Source: Octopus vulgaris
Taxonomy: Eukaryota
Assembly: GCA_951406725.2 (NCBI GenBank)
Contig: OX597825.1
Span: 76,942,001-77,006,000 of the forward strand
DNA: 64,000 nucleotides
Direction of reading: 5' to 3'
Under the pieces are notes generated by a model, which saw only the letters and a program-made list of their open reading frames with translations, was not told the origin of the DNA and did not search any database. The translations under genes and the position numbers were made by a program. This document shows positions 12,705 to 25,866 of the stretch, piece by piece; the first letter of the stretch is position 1; each line of letters begins with the position of its first letter.

Positions 12705-14504
12705 TTGCTAAAGTATATATTGCACACTTTATTTTTTTTGTTATGCTCTTCAATTCTTCTCTCATTGGCGGAAAAGATTGTCTCACATGAAACCAAGTCC
12801 ATGTGCAAAAGTAAGTCTGGAGACTGCTGGTCGAATGCACCCCTTGGCTACTGTGTTCTCTACCTTCACTTAACATACATACATCTACCCCACCTGTTCC
12901 TCTTATCATCCCTAAACCTCTCCTCTCACCACACATACCACCTTCCCCAGATCTTCATTCAGTCCTCCTGCTATGTTCAATCCCTCCAGCTCATGTTCTG
13001 GTTTTAATTGTCAACTTGGAGACATTCAACCTAAAACCATCAATTTTTGATTATATTGACCCCATTATTTATCTGACCGACACTTTCGTTTTGTTGGTCC
13101 CTGGAATTGAAAACAATGTAAAACTGGTCTCAACAGGGGTTAGAACTTAGAAATCTTAGAACTCAAGTGACTCATTAAATATTTCAAGCAATGCTGGATT
13201 TACATGACAGGAAACCCTAGGCTATTCCATTTGTAAGGCCCCTCTCCAAAGTCCTATGACATCACTCATCATCATCAACATCATTTAACCTGTTTGATAC
13301 CAACTAGCCTGAGGCTGCCCCTGGATCTCTCATGCAAACTTCTTGTTCTAATTTGGTTCCAAATTTTGGCACAAGGTCAGCAATACTAAGGGAGTTATAT
13401 TGGCCCCCAGGACTCAACTGGTACTTAATTTATCAATCCCCAGAGGATGAAAAGCAATGTTGATCTTGGTGGTATTTAAACTCACAAAATGCTACTAAGA
13501 TTTTTGCCTTCGATACTAATGATTCTGTGAGCTGACCACCTTTAAAAGTGATCTAAATTGGCCTCTCACAACTATCCTACAATGTCTTGCTAAAACTAAG
13601 CATTCACATCATGAAAATGTCTTAGCTACAAGATAATGCATGACTAATTCAAAATAATGTGGCTGAATAACCATTACATTTGAAAGAATATATTGAATGC
13701 TAAAATGTTAAGCCTTCCATCAAAATTTTGTGTTAATTTGTGTCCTAAACACTAGCTCCATAATGACAAAGTTATCTTAACATGTTCTTCATTATTTTTA
13801 GAGTTAATTGAAATGACAGCAGTGTATTTCAATGTAACTATAGTAACAAAAATGATAATGTTCGTTTTCCGTGCTGGCATTGTGCTATTGTTGAAGAAAG
13901 CCAGACTTTAATCCATCGCTTTGTTTAACACCAGCACCTGGTCCTTGGGTAACTTCAGCAGAGTTCACTCTGTTGCAAGCTTTTAGGCCTGCACTCTAAT
14001 TTCAGGAGCACACCTTCCCCTTCAGTTGCTCTTTCTGGAGCTGGCCTCAAGTACTAGACCATGAAGAGCCGCTGTATTTCATTTCTGAGACCAGCTCAAG
14101 GCCACTCAGCTCTTCTATGCCACCCTTGGCCTGAACAAGCACTTCAGGACCGACCAATTTGCACCCGTTAAGATGAAGATACTCAATCACTTACTACAGA
14201 TTAGCTACTCAGATACAAGTTAATGCTGAAGACAAACCCTGGCAACCTCAGAAGATTTGACAAAATATACTTAACGTGGGAGTGGAGTGAGGGCTTTGCA
14301 CATTGTACCCTGACTAAAAATAAAACAATAAACAAAACATATTTGTCCCTTTCTGATGGCCTAATTTCCAAAGAAGTTGGTGGAGGTGGTGGTTTGATAA
14401 ATAAGTATTACTGAGTCACCTACACACACTCCTGGTTTCATTCTCCCAACAGATTTTTACTCAACTCATACCCTCAGGAGCCACCTGGACTTATGGCTCC
14501 TACT

Positions 14505-14870
14505 CTCTTTTCTTTTCTCTCTTTTATTTGTTTCAGTCATTTGACAGTGGCCATGCTGGAGCACTGCCTTTAGTCGAGCAAATCGACCCCAGGACTTATT
14601 CTTTGGAAGCCTGGTACTTATTCTATCAGTCTCTTTTGCTGAACTGCTAAGTTATGGAGATGTAAACACGCCAGTATCGGTTATCAAGTGATGTTGGGGG
14701 GGACATACACAGATACACAAACATATAAATGCACACACACACACATATATATATATATACGATGGGCTTCTTTCAGTTTCTGTCTACCAAATCCACTCAC
14801 AAGGCTTTGGTTGGCCCGAGGCTATAGTAGAAGACACTTGCCCAAGGTGCCACGCAGTCACTCCTGCACC
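14505..14870 (-). mobile_element. Family A SINE with internal deletion
   Basis: Homologous to the 8834 copy; head partly deleted. Confidence 0.8.
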
Positions 14871-15627
14871 TACTGAGCATTCTCGCTCTCACTCACTCTC
14901 TGTAATAAGAGTGAGTATCCGTGTAACTCTGTAACCCCTGTAGCTCCACTAGAAGAACTTCCTTGCTCCTTCCTCCTTCTTGCCTCTCCTACTCTGTAGC
15001 CTCATTGACTTGCACAAGTGGTGCCCTCTCCTCCCCCACTAGGGCTTTTATAGTCTACCGAGCTGCATGAAAACCTCAATAGTGCTGGTGGCATGTAAAA
15101 CGGTGCCCAATAATTGCTATAAAGTGTGTGGCCATTAGAAAAGGCTTCCAATTGAAGAAACCATGCTGAAAGTAATGGTAAAGTTACTTTTTCGAGTCAT
15201 GTTGAGTGATAAGGGCCGATTTCCTGATTTCCATGGAATATGCATTCCCAATGTGGACAGGACGCCGGTCTGTTGCAGGATTACTCATTTTTGCCAGCTG
15301 AGTGGACTGGAGCAATGTGAAAGGAAGTGTTGTGCTCAAGAAAACAATGTGTTGCCTGGTCCAGGAATTGAAATCACAACTTTACAGTCATGAGTCCAAC
15401 ACCCTAACCACTAAGCCAAGCATCTCCACAAACCAGGTCAGAGCAGACACCGAAGCCTGATGCAGAAACTGGACAAATCAGATCCTGTCAAACTGTCCAA
15501 CCCATGCCAGCATGGAACATGGATTTTGAAAGATGACAACGATGATGGTGGTGATGAGGATGATGATGATGATGATGATAATGATGATGATTTGTGTCAC
15601 TTTTATGTATCTATGAGTTGTTTTTCG

Positions 15628-15658
<31 letters not shown>

Positions 15659-15660
15659 TA

Positions 15661-15724
<64 letters not shown>

Positions 15725-15735
15725 ATTGATTAGAC

Positions 15736-16042
15736 GGAAACGCAATGGTCCAGTGGGTAGGGCAGCGGACTCACGGTCGTAGGATCGCAGTTTCGATTCC
15801 CAGACCGGGCGTTGTGTGTGTTTATTGAGCGAAAACACCTAAAAGCTCCACGAGGCTCCGGCAGGGTATGGTGGCGACCCCCGCTGTACTCCTTCACCAC
15901 TCTTTCTCTCGCTCTTTCTTCTGTTGACCTGCTCGCTTAGCCAGCGGGGTGGCGTCATTCGAAGGCTAAAACAATGCAAACGCATTGTGACCAGCGAGGT
16001 GTAGCAACATCTGATGGTCCAGTCGGTCATGTGATCACGTGA
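15736..16042 (+). mobile_element. Family D tRNA-derived SINE
   Basis: A box TGGTCCAGTGG, anticodon-like GGACTCACGGTC, B box GTTTCGATTCCC. Second copy at 52486-52771. Confidence 0.85.
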
Positions 16043-17129
16043 ATAAATAATTAGAGAATGAGGGACAATAGCTACATCACTCTTGTTATAACTCTTCATT
16101 ATCATCACAGTTATCATCTTCATCAGTTTCCCCACTACCACCACCATCACCACCACCACCACTACCACCACCATCGTTGTCATCATCATCTTCAGCATCC
16201 TCATTAGCAGCATCTCTGTCATCATCACTTGATGGATGATTTTTCTTCACCATCACCACCACCGCCACCACCACCATCATCACCTTCATCACTCACCGTC
16301 ACCATTATCATCATCATCATCATCATCGTCATCACCCCATTCAGGTAAATAAATCTTCCTCACCTTGACATACATCACCTGACATCCCAGCTATTGTGTG
16401 GAGAACAGCAGCATATGTCTGGTATTCCTACATCTCCACGATGATGATGATGATGATGATGATGGTGATGTTGTTGGTGGTGGTGGTGATGGGGATGAAG
16501 ATGATGAAGATGATGATGATCATGTGGAGGTGATGTTGCTAGTGGTGATGGTGGAAGTTTTGACAGGATGCCGGTGATGAAGATGGTGGCTGTAGCGCCA
16601 CTGTTTTCGGTAGTAGTGATGGTCATGATCGTGCTGGTGGTGTTGGCGGTGGTAGAGATGGAGGTGATGTTGGTAGTAGTGGTGGTGGTGATGGTGGTGG
16701 CTGTGAGCGCACATGGCAAACCAACGCGAAGAATGCATATTTCTGTGTGTGTCATGACATATCTCTGTAGATCAGAGATAGAGAGAAGAGTTCTGTATAC
16801 AAAAGACCCAATTCTCTCTCTCTCTCTCTCTTGCTCTCTCTCTCTCTCTTGTTCTCTCTCTCTTTCTTTCTCTATATATTTCTCTGTCTGTCTGTTCATC
16901 CGGCTATTTGATACTTTCTTAACTTGGTGAAGAACAGTGTGAAAACATTACTTTATTCCTTGCTATGCTAAATGGTTGTTTACTGTTCCTTTCAAAAAAT
17001 GACAACTTTTAACCCCTCAGATCCCTAACCTACCCGAGACTAATCTTTATTTTAGGATACAAATTCCCTCTTTTTGATTTAAATAAACTGAAACTTTCCA
17101 AACTCGAGTTTAATAATGACAAAATTTAT

Positions 17130-18180
17130 CCTCATCATTTAATGTCTGTTTAGGACACTGGCATGGGTTGGACGGTTTGACTGAAGTCTGGAGAGCCAGT
17201 GGCTTCATCAGGCTCCTATCTGATCTGGCAATGTTTCTACAGCTAGATGCCCTTCCTAACGCCAACCACTCCAATAGTGTAGTTGGTGCTTTTTGCATGC
17301 CGCCGGCACAGGAGCCAGACAGGTGGGTCTGGTATCAATCACGTTCGGATGGTGCTTTTTATGTGCCATTCATGGGAGACAGTGAGGGAGTACTGGCATC
17401 GGCCACATTTGGATAGTGCTTTTTATGTGCCACCAGAATGGGAGCCAGTCAGGGGGCACATGCATTGGCCACATTTGGATAGTGCTTTTTATGTGCCACC
17501 AGAATGGGAGCCAATCAGGGGGCACATGCATTGGCCACATTTGGATAGTGCTTTTTATGTGCCACCAGAATGGGAGCCAGTCAGGGGGCATATGCATTGG
17601 CCACATTTGGATAGTGCTTTTATGTGCCACCAGAATGGGAGCCAATCAGGGGGCACATGCATTGGCCACATTTGGATAGTGCTTTTATGTGCCACCAGAA
17701 TGGGAGCCAATCAGGGGGCACATGCATTGGCCACATTTGGATAGTGCTTTTATGTGCCACCAGAATGGGAGCCAGTCAGGGGGCACATGCATTGGCCACA
17801 TTTGGATAGTGCTTTTTATGTGCCACCAGAATGGGAGCCAATCAGGGGGCACATGCATTGGCCACATTTGATAGTGCTTTTATGTGCCACCAGAATGGGA
17901 GCCAATCAGGGGCACATGTACTGGCCACATTTGGATAGTGCTTTTTATGTGCCACCAGAATGGGAGCCAGTCAGGGGGCACATGCATTGGCCACATTTGG
18001 ATAGTGCTTTTTATGTGCCACCAGAATGGGAGCCAATCAGGGGGCACATGCATTGGCCACATTTGGATAGTGCTTTTTATGTGCCACCAGAATGGGAGCC
18101 AATCAGGGGGCACATGCATTGGCCACATTTGGATGGTGTTTTTTACGTGCCACTGGAACGGGAGCCAGTCAGGAGGCACT
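17130..18180 (-). mobile_element. Family C element with expanded internal tandem array
   Basis: Family C body at 17130-17340, followed by the array. Confidence 0.8.
17401..18180. repeat. 65-66 bp minisatellite, about 12 units
   Basis: Unit GGCCACATTTGGATAGTGCTTTTTATGTGCCACCAGAATGGGAGCCA(G/A)TCAGGGGGCACATGCATT, starting near 17401, 17467, 17533, 17599, 17664, 17729, 17794, 17860, 17923, 17989, 18055 and 18121. Confidence 0.95.
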
Positions 18181-18412
18181 GACATTGACCATGTTATTAT
18201 TTTACAAAATTCTTTATTATTTTGGAAATCAGGTGATTGGTGCAAGCATGGCTGTGTGGTTAAGAAGCCTGCTTCCCAACCACATGGTTTCGGGTTCATT
18301 CCCACTGCATGCCACCTTGGGCAAGTGTCTTTATTATATAATCCAGGGCTGACTATGTATGTGTGTGTGTGATAGTATGTGTATTGTATATGTATTGTGT
18401 ATGTATAGCTAC

Positions 18413-18592
18413 CTAGCTATCTATTTGTGTATGTTTGTACATGTGTGTGAATGTGTGTGTTTGCCAAAAATGGAATGTATTGTGTGAAATATTTGTCTTC
18501 CACTAGCTATCTATTTGTGTATGTTTGTACATGTGTGTGAATGTGTGTGTTTGCCAAAAATGGAATGTATTGTGTGAAATATTTGTCTTCCA
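18413..18592. repeat. Exact 90-bp tandem duplication
   Basis: 18413-18502 and 18503-18592 are identical (CTAGCTATCTATTTG...TGTCTTCCA). Confidence 0.9.
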
Positions 18593-18760
18593 GCGAGTCT
18601 GTGAGGGCAGCAATAACATCAAATAAGAAGTGACTCAGATAATGGTGAACTGTCTAACCCATGCCAGCAGACATTGGAAACGATGATGATGATGAGGAGG
18701 AGGATGGTGAAGATGGCTACAGACGTTATTGTTGCATTAATATTCCCCTACCACTACCTG

Positions 18761-18960
<200 letters not shown>

Positions 18961-19066
18961 ATAATAATAATAACGAGAATAAAGTAATAAAAATAACAAC
19001 AATACTGTTACTGTTGCTTTGGGCGCTAATCGCCAACACTAATACAACTTTAGTTACCAACTACTA

Positions 19067-19103
<37 letters not shown>

Positions 19104-20119
19104 CACCATCTCCAAGCCTACAGAATCCACCACCCCCACTCCCACCACCACCACCACCATGACCACTCTGTCTGCGACCACCACGACCACCGCTATCTCT
19201 ACCATCACCACCATTGCCGCCTCCACTTCCGCTGCCACCACCACCACCACCACCACCACCACCACCACCACCACCACCACCACCAAATTTCATTGTCAAA
19301 CATTCTAAGTTATACAGCCAGCTGTTACTGCAACAGTTATGAATGTTTATCTTATGGATGGTGTGTGTATATGTATGTACGTATGTATGTATGTATGTAT
19401 ATATGTACGTATGTAAATGTATGTATGTAATATTATCTGTACATACTTATATACATGCTGTTGTGTATATGAATGTATGTGATGAGATGCTTTATGTGTC
19501 TATATATATATATGTTATTGTACACACATACACATATGTGTGCGATTGTATGTTTGTGCATGTATATTACCATCATCATCATCATCGACATCACCATCAT
19601 CATCACCATTGTCATCATCTTCATTTGTCTATGACTGCTATCAGTGCTGGCATGGGTTGGGTTTTTCCAACAGAATCTGATGAATCAGAGGTCCACATCT
19701 TGCACAAACCTCTCAGTTTTGCCATGGTCTTATCCACAGTGGGATGTCCTTCCTTACACTGACCCCTTTACAGAATCTATTAGGGCAATGATTTTCACGG
19801 TATCACCACAAGAGGGGTTTCTGCGTGTCCATTCAAGCCTATGTTGTCTCTGCCCGAATCAAAAACCCCTTTTTACAGAATGTAGTGGGGGCCCATTTTC
19901 GTAGCATCGTTATGAGTGAAGTCCTCTTGTAACTCATAAAACTGAAGAAACCCCATAACTAAAACAAAAAAATAGGAGTGAAAGGGATGAATCTAGGTGA
20001 GGTGTTGAGAGAGAATGGTGAGGAGAAGTAGTTTATATCATTATCATCACTGAACCCTTAAGTATTTAGATTTCTTTGTCAAATATAATGCTTATTTTAT
20101 CCTATTTCATAGCTTCAGG

Positions 20120-20408
20120 CAGGGCCGGATTAAGACCCATCGAGGCCCTAAGCACTTAAAAGATTTCGGTGCCCCCATAAAAGATTATGTAATTCAAAAT
20201 ATAAACACTAACAAACCATAAAATAAATTTTTGATTTTCAAAGCGAAACAAGACTGTAAGAGGGAAAATAATGTTTATTTTTGTATTTTTTCCACTTTAT
20301 TTATATTTGAGGTTTTCTCCTACTTTTTTGAATTGCAATGTCTTTGATCAGATCCTCAAAATTAATCTTGGGTAACACATCTGCATCTATACTTAGTAGA
20401 GATAAAGG
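20120..20408 (-). mobile_element. hAT (Tip100-like) transposon 3' end with transposase C-terminus
   Basis: Terminus CAGGGCCGGATTAAG at 20120. Minus-strand peptide LSLLSIDADVLPKINFEDLIKDIAIQKSRRKPQI* (20301-20408) resembles the end of the hAT dimerisation domain. Confidence 0.75.
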
Positions 20409-20545
20409 CATCCTGAATATTATTCTGGGTTCAGTCCCACTGCGTGGCACATTCGGCAAGTGTCTTCTACCATAGCCTTGGGCCAACCAAAGCCTTGTGA
20501 GTGGATTTGGTAGACAGAAACGGAAAGAAGCCTGTCGCATATATG

Positions 20546-20636
<91 letters not shown>

Positions 20637-20852
20637 TCTCTTTTACTCTTTTACTTGTTTCAGTCATTTGACTGCGGCCATGCCGGAGCACCGCCTTTAG
20701 TCGAGCAAATCGACCCCGGGACTTATTCTTTGTAAGCCCAGTACTTATTCTATCGGTCTCTTTTGCCAAACTGCTAAGTGACGGGGACGTAAACACACCA
20801 GCATCGGTTGTCAAGCAATGCTAGGGGGACAAACACAGACACACAAACATAT

Positions 20853-20897
<45 letters not shown>

Positions 20898-21088
20898 TAC
20901 ATACATATATGTATGTATATATACATACATACATATATATATGTATGTATGTGTTTGTGTGTCTGTGTTTGTCCTCCAAACATCGCTTGACAACCGATGC
21001 TCCAGTTTATCTCTTCAAATATTTTTATTCTCATCCTCCATTTCTTTTCCACTCAATCACAGTACAGTCTGTCTAACGTCCCTTACAT

Positions 21089-21281
21089 CAGTTCTGTATT
21101 TAAAGGACTTATGTACATTATTTACATTTGACGGATATTTGTCCTCATCTTATTTGTTGTTAACACAACGTTTCGGCTGATGTACCCTCCAGCCTTCATC
21201 AGGTGTCTTGGGGAAATTTCAAGCCTGGGTTCTCATTCCTAAGGTATTTTTCAATGTTAGTATAATAATAATAATAATAAC

Positions 21282-21312
<31 letters not shown>

Positions 21313-21454
21313 TCAAAAAAATACCTAAGGAATGAGAACCCAGGTTCAAAATTTCCCCAAGACACCTGATGAACACTGGAGGGTATATCAGCCAAAACGT
21401 TGTGTTAACAACAAACAAGATGAGGACAAATATCTGTCAAATGTAAATAATGTA
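21089..21454. mobile_element. Family H1 inverted-repeat element (Penelope pLTR-like) with (AAT)n spacer
   Basis: Arms 21114-21258 and 21309-21454 are reverse complements. The left arm extends to the family's terminal CAGTT at 21089. Confidence 0.85.
21162..21207 (-). ncRNA. Minimal type-I hammerhead ribozyme motif, intact core
   Basis: Minus strand GACAC-CTGATGA-A-GGCTG(gagggtacat)CAGCC-GAAA-CG-TT-GTGTT. Stem I GACAC/GTGTT, stem II GGCTG/CAGCC, palindromic ACGT stem III. Confidence 0.8.
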
Positions 21455-22012
21455 AACAATCTTCTCTTACATGAATGACTCATTTTCCTTATATGACCCC
21501 TCCATCTAACCCATCTCATTTCATTAGTATTTAAACTGCTCGTATCCTGCCCAAATATTCTGTTTTGTGTTCAGACCAGCCAGATTTGGCCTCTCCAACC
21601 TACCTTACACTGTCTTTTTAAAAATAAACATTTACATCATAAAAATCTCAAAGCTTCAAGATAATGCTTGATTAACTGAAAACAATGTGAATAGATAAGG
21701 ATTATATTTGACAGAATAATCTGTCAAATAGAATTAGGTTAAAGAAATTTGACATCATCATCACCATTTAATGTCCATTGCCCATGCTGGCATGGGTTGG
21801 ATGGTATGACTAGAGTTGGCAAGCTGGGGTGGGATGGGTGGGGCTGCAGCAGATTCCAGTCTGATTTGGCATGGTTTCTACCGCTGGCTGCCCTTCCTAA
21901 TGCCAACCACCCTACAGAGTGTGCTGGGTGCTTTCACATGACACCACACAGGCACTTTTATGTGACACCACCACAAGTGCTTTATACCACCAGAAGTATC
22001 AGTCTTGACACT

Positions 22013-22383
22013 TCTGCTGCAGGGTACAGATCTTCTGCAGGCAATGGGTCTTCTGTGGGGTATGGGTTTTCTGTGGGGTGCGAGTCTTCTGTGGGATATG
22101 GGTTTTCTGTGGGATACAGGTCTTCTGAGGGTACAGGTCTTCTACAGAATATGTGTCTTCTGCTGGGTACGGGTCTTCCTTGGGGTACCAGTCTTCTATG
22201 GGGCATGGGTCTTCTGGGAGGAACCAGTCTTTTGCGGGTTACAGGTCTTCTGCTGGGTATGGGTCTTCCGCTGGGTATGGGTCTTCTGCCGGGTACAAGT
22301 CTTCTGCAGGGGTATGGGTGTTCTGTGGGATACGGGTCTTCTGGGAGGAACAGGTCTTCTGCTGGGAATGGGTTTTCTGCAGG
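22013..22383 (+). repeat. 18-bp degenerate minisatellite, about 21 units
   Basis: Consensus TCTTCTGC(G/T)GGGTA(C/T)GGG. One 17-bp and one 19-bp unit. Confidence 0.9.
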
Positions 22384-22662
22384 TTTGACAATTTCAGTAA
22401 ATTATTTCTTTTTGCTTTCAATTCAATTTCCCTGTTTTATTTTGGTTTCGTGTGATGCCAAGCTTGAACCCCTTTGATATCAACTTGCTTAAGACCACCC
22501 CTAATTCTCTGATATGCTTAACATATATGAGTTAATGTTTTACAAGGAATAAACATTATCTGACATAGAATTCAATACCATAATGTTGATTGATACATGA
22601 ACTTTTATATGATAAAGAGTATGAAGCAGTTTATAAAGTTTTGCTGTGTCGCTCCTCCAACT

Positions 22663-22701
<39 letters not shown>

Positions 22702-23449
22702 TGTGTGTGTGTGTGTGTTTCATGTGTTGTGCATGCGCGTGTGGTATGTGTGTTTACGTGCGTTTTGTAATTTAGTTTCAACAACAGATGTTTCCTCACT
22801 TGGTGTGCAATAACAACTACAACAATTACAAGATTAAGACATCACTAGTATGGAAATGATTTCTTTCTTCCTTCTTTCCTTGCTTCCTTCCTTCTTTCTT
22901 TCTTTCCTCTGTCTCCCCCCAATAACTTCTTATACCTTTATCTCACTACTTTCTCCCTATACCCCCTAAATGCCCTCTAGCTTTCCACTTTTAGCATATT
23001 CCCCCTACTCGTCTCTCTCCTTCCTCTCCACTCCCCCCAATCATCTACAATGTTTTCATGGCATTAACCTAGCTTTGCTCTTTCTATTCAAACTTCCTTG
23101 TGACCCTCCAGTATCTCCTTTACCCTTTCCCACTGACCCTTTTCTCTCTTCCACAGCTTCTTTACCTCTTCAACACACTTTCCTGTCTGATCCCTTCCAC
23201 ATGACTCCCACACCTCCCTTTCCTTCAATGATTCTTCCCCTCCCTTATATATTACCCCCTTCCCATCCCATTTTCTTCACTCCTTAGAATGTTCATAACT
23301 TTAGATGTCCCCTTCTCCCATCGTACACAACCCACCCTATCCCCTTTCAGTTCTGTCCATCTTTTTTTCTCACCTCTATTATTAACCCTTTCCCTGTCCC
23401 CTCCATTCTTCCCCCATTCACTCTTCCTACATACCATCCCTAATTCCTC

Positions 23450-23890
23450 TGGCATGGGTTGGATGGTTTGACTGAGGACTGGCAAGCCAGAAGGCTGCAC
23501 CAGGCTCCAATCCGATCTGGCAAGGTTTCTACAGCTTGATGCTCTCCCTAATGCCAACCACTCCGAGAGTGTGGTGGGTGCTTTTTATGTGCCACAGGCA
23601 CGAGGGCCAGTCAGGTGGTACTGGCAATGACCACGCTTGAATGGTGCTTTTTACATGCCACCGGCATGGAAGCCAGTCAGGCTGCACTGGCAATGACCAC
23701 ACACGAATGGTGCTTTATACATGTCACCAGCTCAGGACCAGTCAGCCGGCACTGGCATCGACCACGCTCAAATGGCACTTTTTACATGTCTCTGGCACAG
23801 AAGCCAGTCAGGCGGCACTGGTAATGATCACACTCGAATGGTGCTTTTTGCATGCCATTGGCACAGGACCAGTCAGGCAGTACTGGCCTT
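23450..23890 (-). mobile_element. Family C element with about 5 diverged internal ~62-bp subrepeats
   Basis: Repeated GGTGCTTTTTA(C/T)(A/G)TGCCAC..CCAGTCAGG..CACTGGCA units. Confidence 0.8.
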
Positions 23891-25211
23891 GTTTACATGT
23901 ATCTTTATAAATATGCTCATATATATATGCGTGTGTGAGTGTGTGTGTGTATGCATATACATATAAGTTTGCATTTCTCTGATGGTTGGGTAGGAATTTT
24001 AACCTAAGAAATACGATATTTCTGTAATATATGGAACTCTTAACTTAATATGCATGCACACACACACACACACACACAAGCATGGTGTGTACATATCGAT
24101 GTGAGTGTTGGTGTGTGTGTGTGTGTGTGCATTATATTTATATATATAAACGATGATGATGATGATGATGATATATGTGTGTGTGATGTGTACATGCTGA
24201 TATGTGATTGTATGAGTGTGCGTGTGTATGCATATATATATGTGTGTGTGTGTATGTATGTGTGTTTGTGTGTGTGAGGAAACCTATATCGTATCATGTT
24301 CCTAGAATGCTATGCAACTGATAATAATGCTGACGATGGTTACTCTTATTTCCTTGATTTCAAGAAACGATGCCAGTTGATTCTGTGAGGAGATTGATAA
24401 AGGTGTTTATTCGGTAGATTTGCAGTTCTGATTTTGATAAGAGAACAAACTAAACATTTCATAATCCCTCTGCTCCAACCATGACCACTACCACTGCCAT
24501 CTCAATTCACAACCATCCTTCATCTCCCATGGCCGAATATCTTTCAGACTCCAGAGACACACCTCTAAGACTGATAAAATGTATTATTTGCAAGGTTAAC
24601 TCAGGATGCTTATTTACTGAGGTAGTGATGGTCATGGTGGATTGACTTAGTCGGTGAAATGAATCTCCTCTATAAAGTACACAATCTTGTTATATAACAT
24701 CAGATCAGTTTTGTCATATTCTTCTCTTGGTCTTAGTGTGAGAAGGAGAGAGTGAGACAGACAGACAGACAGACAGAGAGACAGTCTGACAGAAGAAAGA
24801 GGAGAGAGAAAGGAAGTCACTGTAACGTAAGGGGGGAAGAAAGAAAAGAATAGTCTTTTAACATTACTCTTGTTCATAGGACTGTGGCCATGCTGGGGCA
24901 CCACACTGAAGGGTTTCGCCGAACAAATCGATCTTAGTACTTATTATTAGGTGTAGGCCAGAATACATAAAGCCACCAGCTTTAGGGTTAGGGTTAGGTA
25001 AGGTGGCGAACTGGCAAAATACTTAGCGTACTGGGCAAAATGCTTGCAGCACTTCGTCTGTCTTTACATTCTGAGTTCAAATTCTGCTGAGATCGTCTTT
25101 GCCTTTTATCCTTTCGGGGTCGATAAAATAAGTATTAGTTGAACATCGGGGTCAATCTAATTGACTTGGCCCCTTCCATGAAATTGCTGACTTTTGCCAA
25201 AATTTGAAACC

Positions 25212-25256
<45 letters not shown>

Positions 25257-25501
25257 GCATCATGCTGGCTGAAATATCAACACACCAGGCAAAATGCTTT
25301 GTGGATTTCAACTGGCTTCGTGTTGTGAGTTCAAATTCTACTGAGGATGACTTTACCATTCATCCTTCCGGGAGTCAATAAAATAAATACCAGTTGAGCA
25401 TTGTGGTCGGTCTAATCAATTTACCCTATCCCTTAAAATTACTGGCCTTGTGCCAAAATTTCAAATCAATATGAAATAATAATAATAATGGAAATAGTAA
25501 T

Positions 25502-25866
25502 AACAAGAGCACTCAGAGAGCACAAACCTCTGCCAAGGCAACATCAACATCTTAATGATTAGCTAGGGATAATTTTTAAAATGCAAATATCTGAAATAAA
25601 CTCGACTGCTTTCACAAACAAGAATACTAAAAATGAACCTGACTGCTCTCAAAATTTAAGTTAAAAAAAAACTGGAAAAATAATCCAGAATCCTTGTCCA
25701 GTACCAGATCGATCCCATAATCTAATCAGTTCGTGCCAGTCATGAGGCCAAACATCCCTGAAAGTTTCATCCAAATCCATCCAACATTTCTTGAGATGCC
25801 CACCGACAAACAAACAACAAACACAACTGAAAACAATACCCCTGCCTTCACTAAGGCAGAGGTAAT
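25502..25866. mobile_element. Helentron-associated (HINE/DINE-like) non-autonomous element
   Basis: Subterminal inverted repeats ACCTCTGCC (25526) / GGCAGAGGT (25855), terminal hairpin CTGCCTT-cact-AAGGCAG and an internal (AAAC)n microsatellite. Confidence 0.6.

Noticed and set aside
16375-16899. His/Thr-rich minus-strand ORF as a possible beak-type His-rich protein
   Set aside because: Built from CAT/CAC microsatellites, lacks Gly-His motifs, and has no coherent exon structure.
17401-18180. CRISPR-like regular array
   Set aside because: Units are repeated end to end with no unique spacers, derive from a SINE subrepeat, and there are no cas genes in this eukaryotic context.
18594-18760. Acceptor-like site followed by acidic codons
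   Set aside because: Stops occur in all three frames soon after the AG; the acidic run is an RTE-type (GAT)n tail remnant.
24647-24735. Minus-strand PREEYDKTDLMLYNKIVYFIEEIHFTD* as a terminal exon
   Set aside because: Non-optimal AAG acceptor built from a microsatellite; no recognisable homology.
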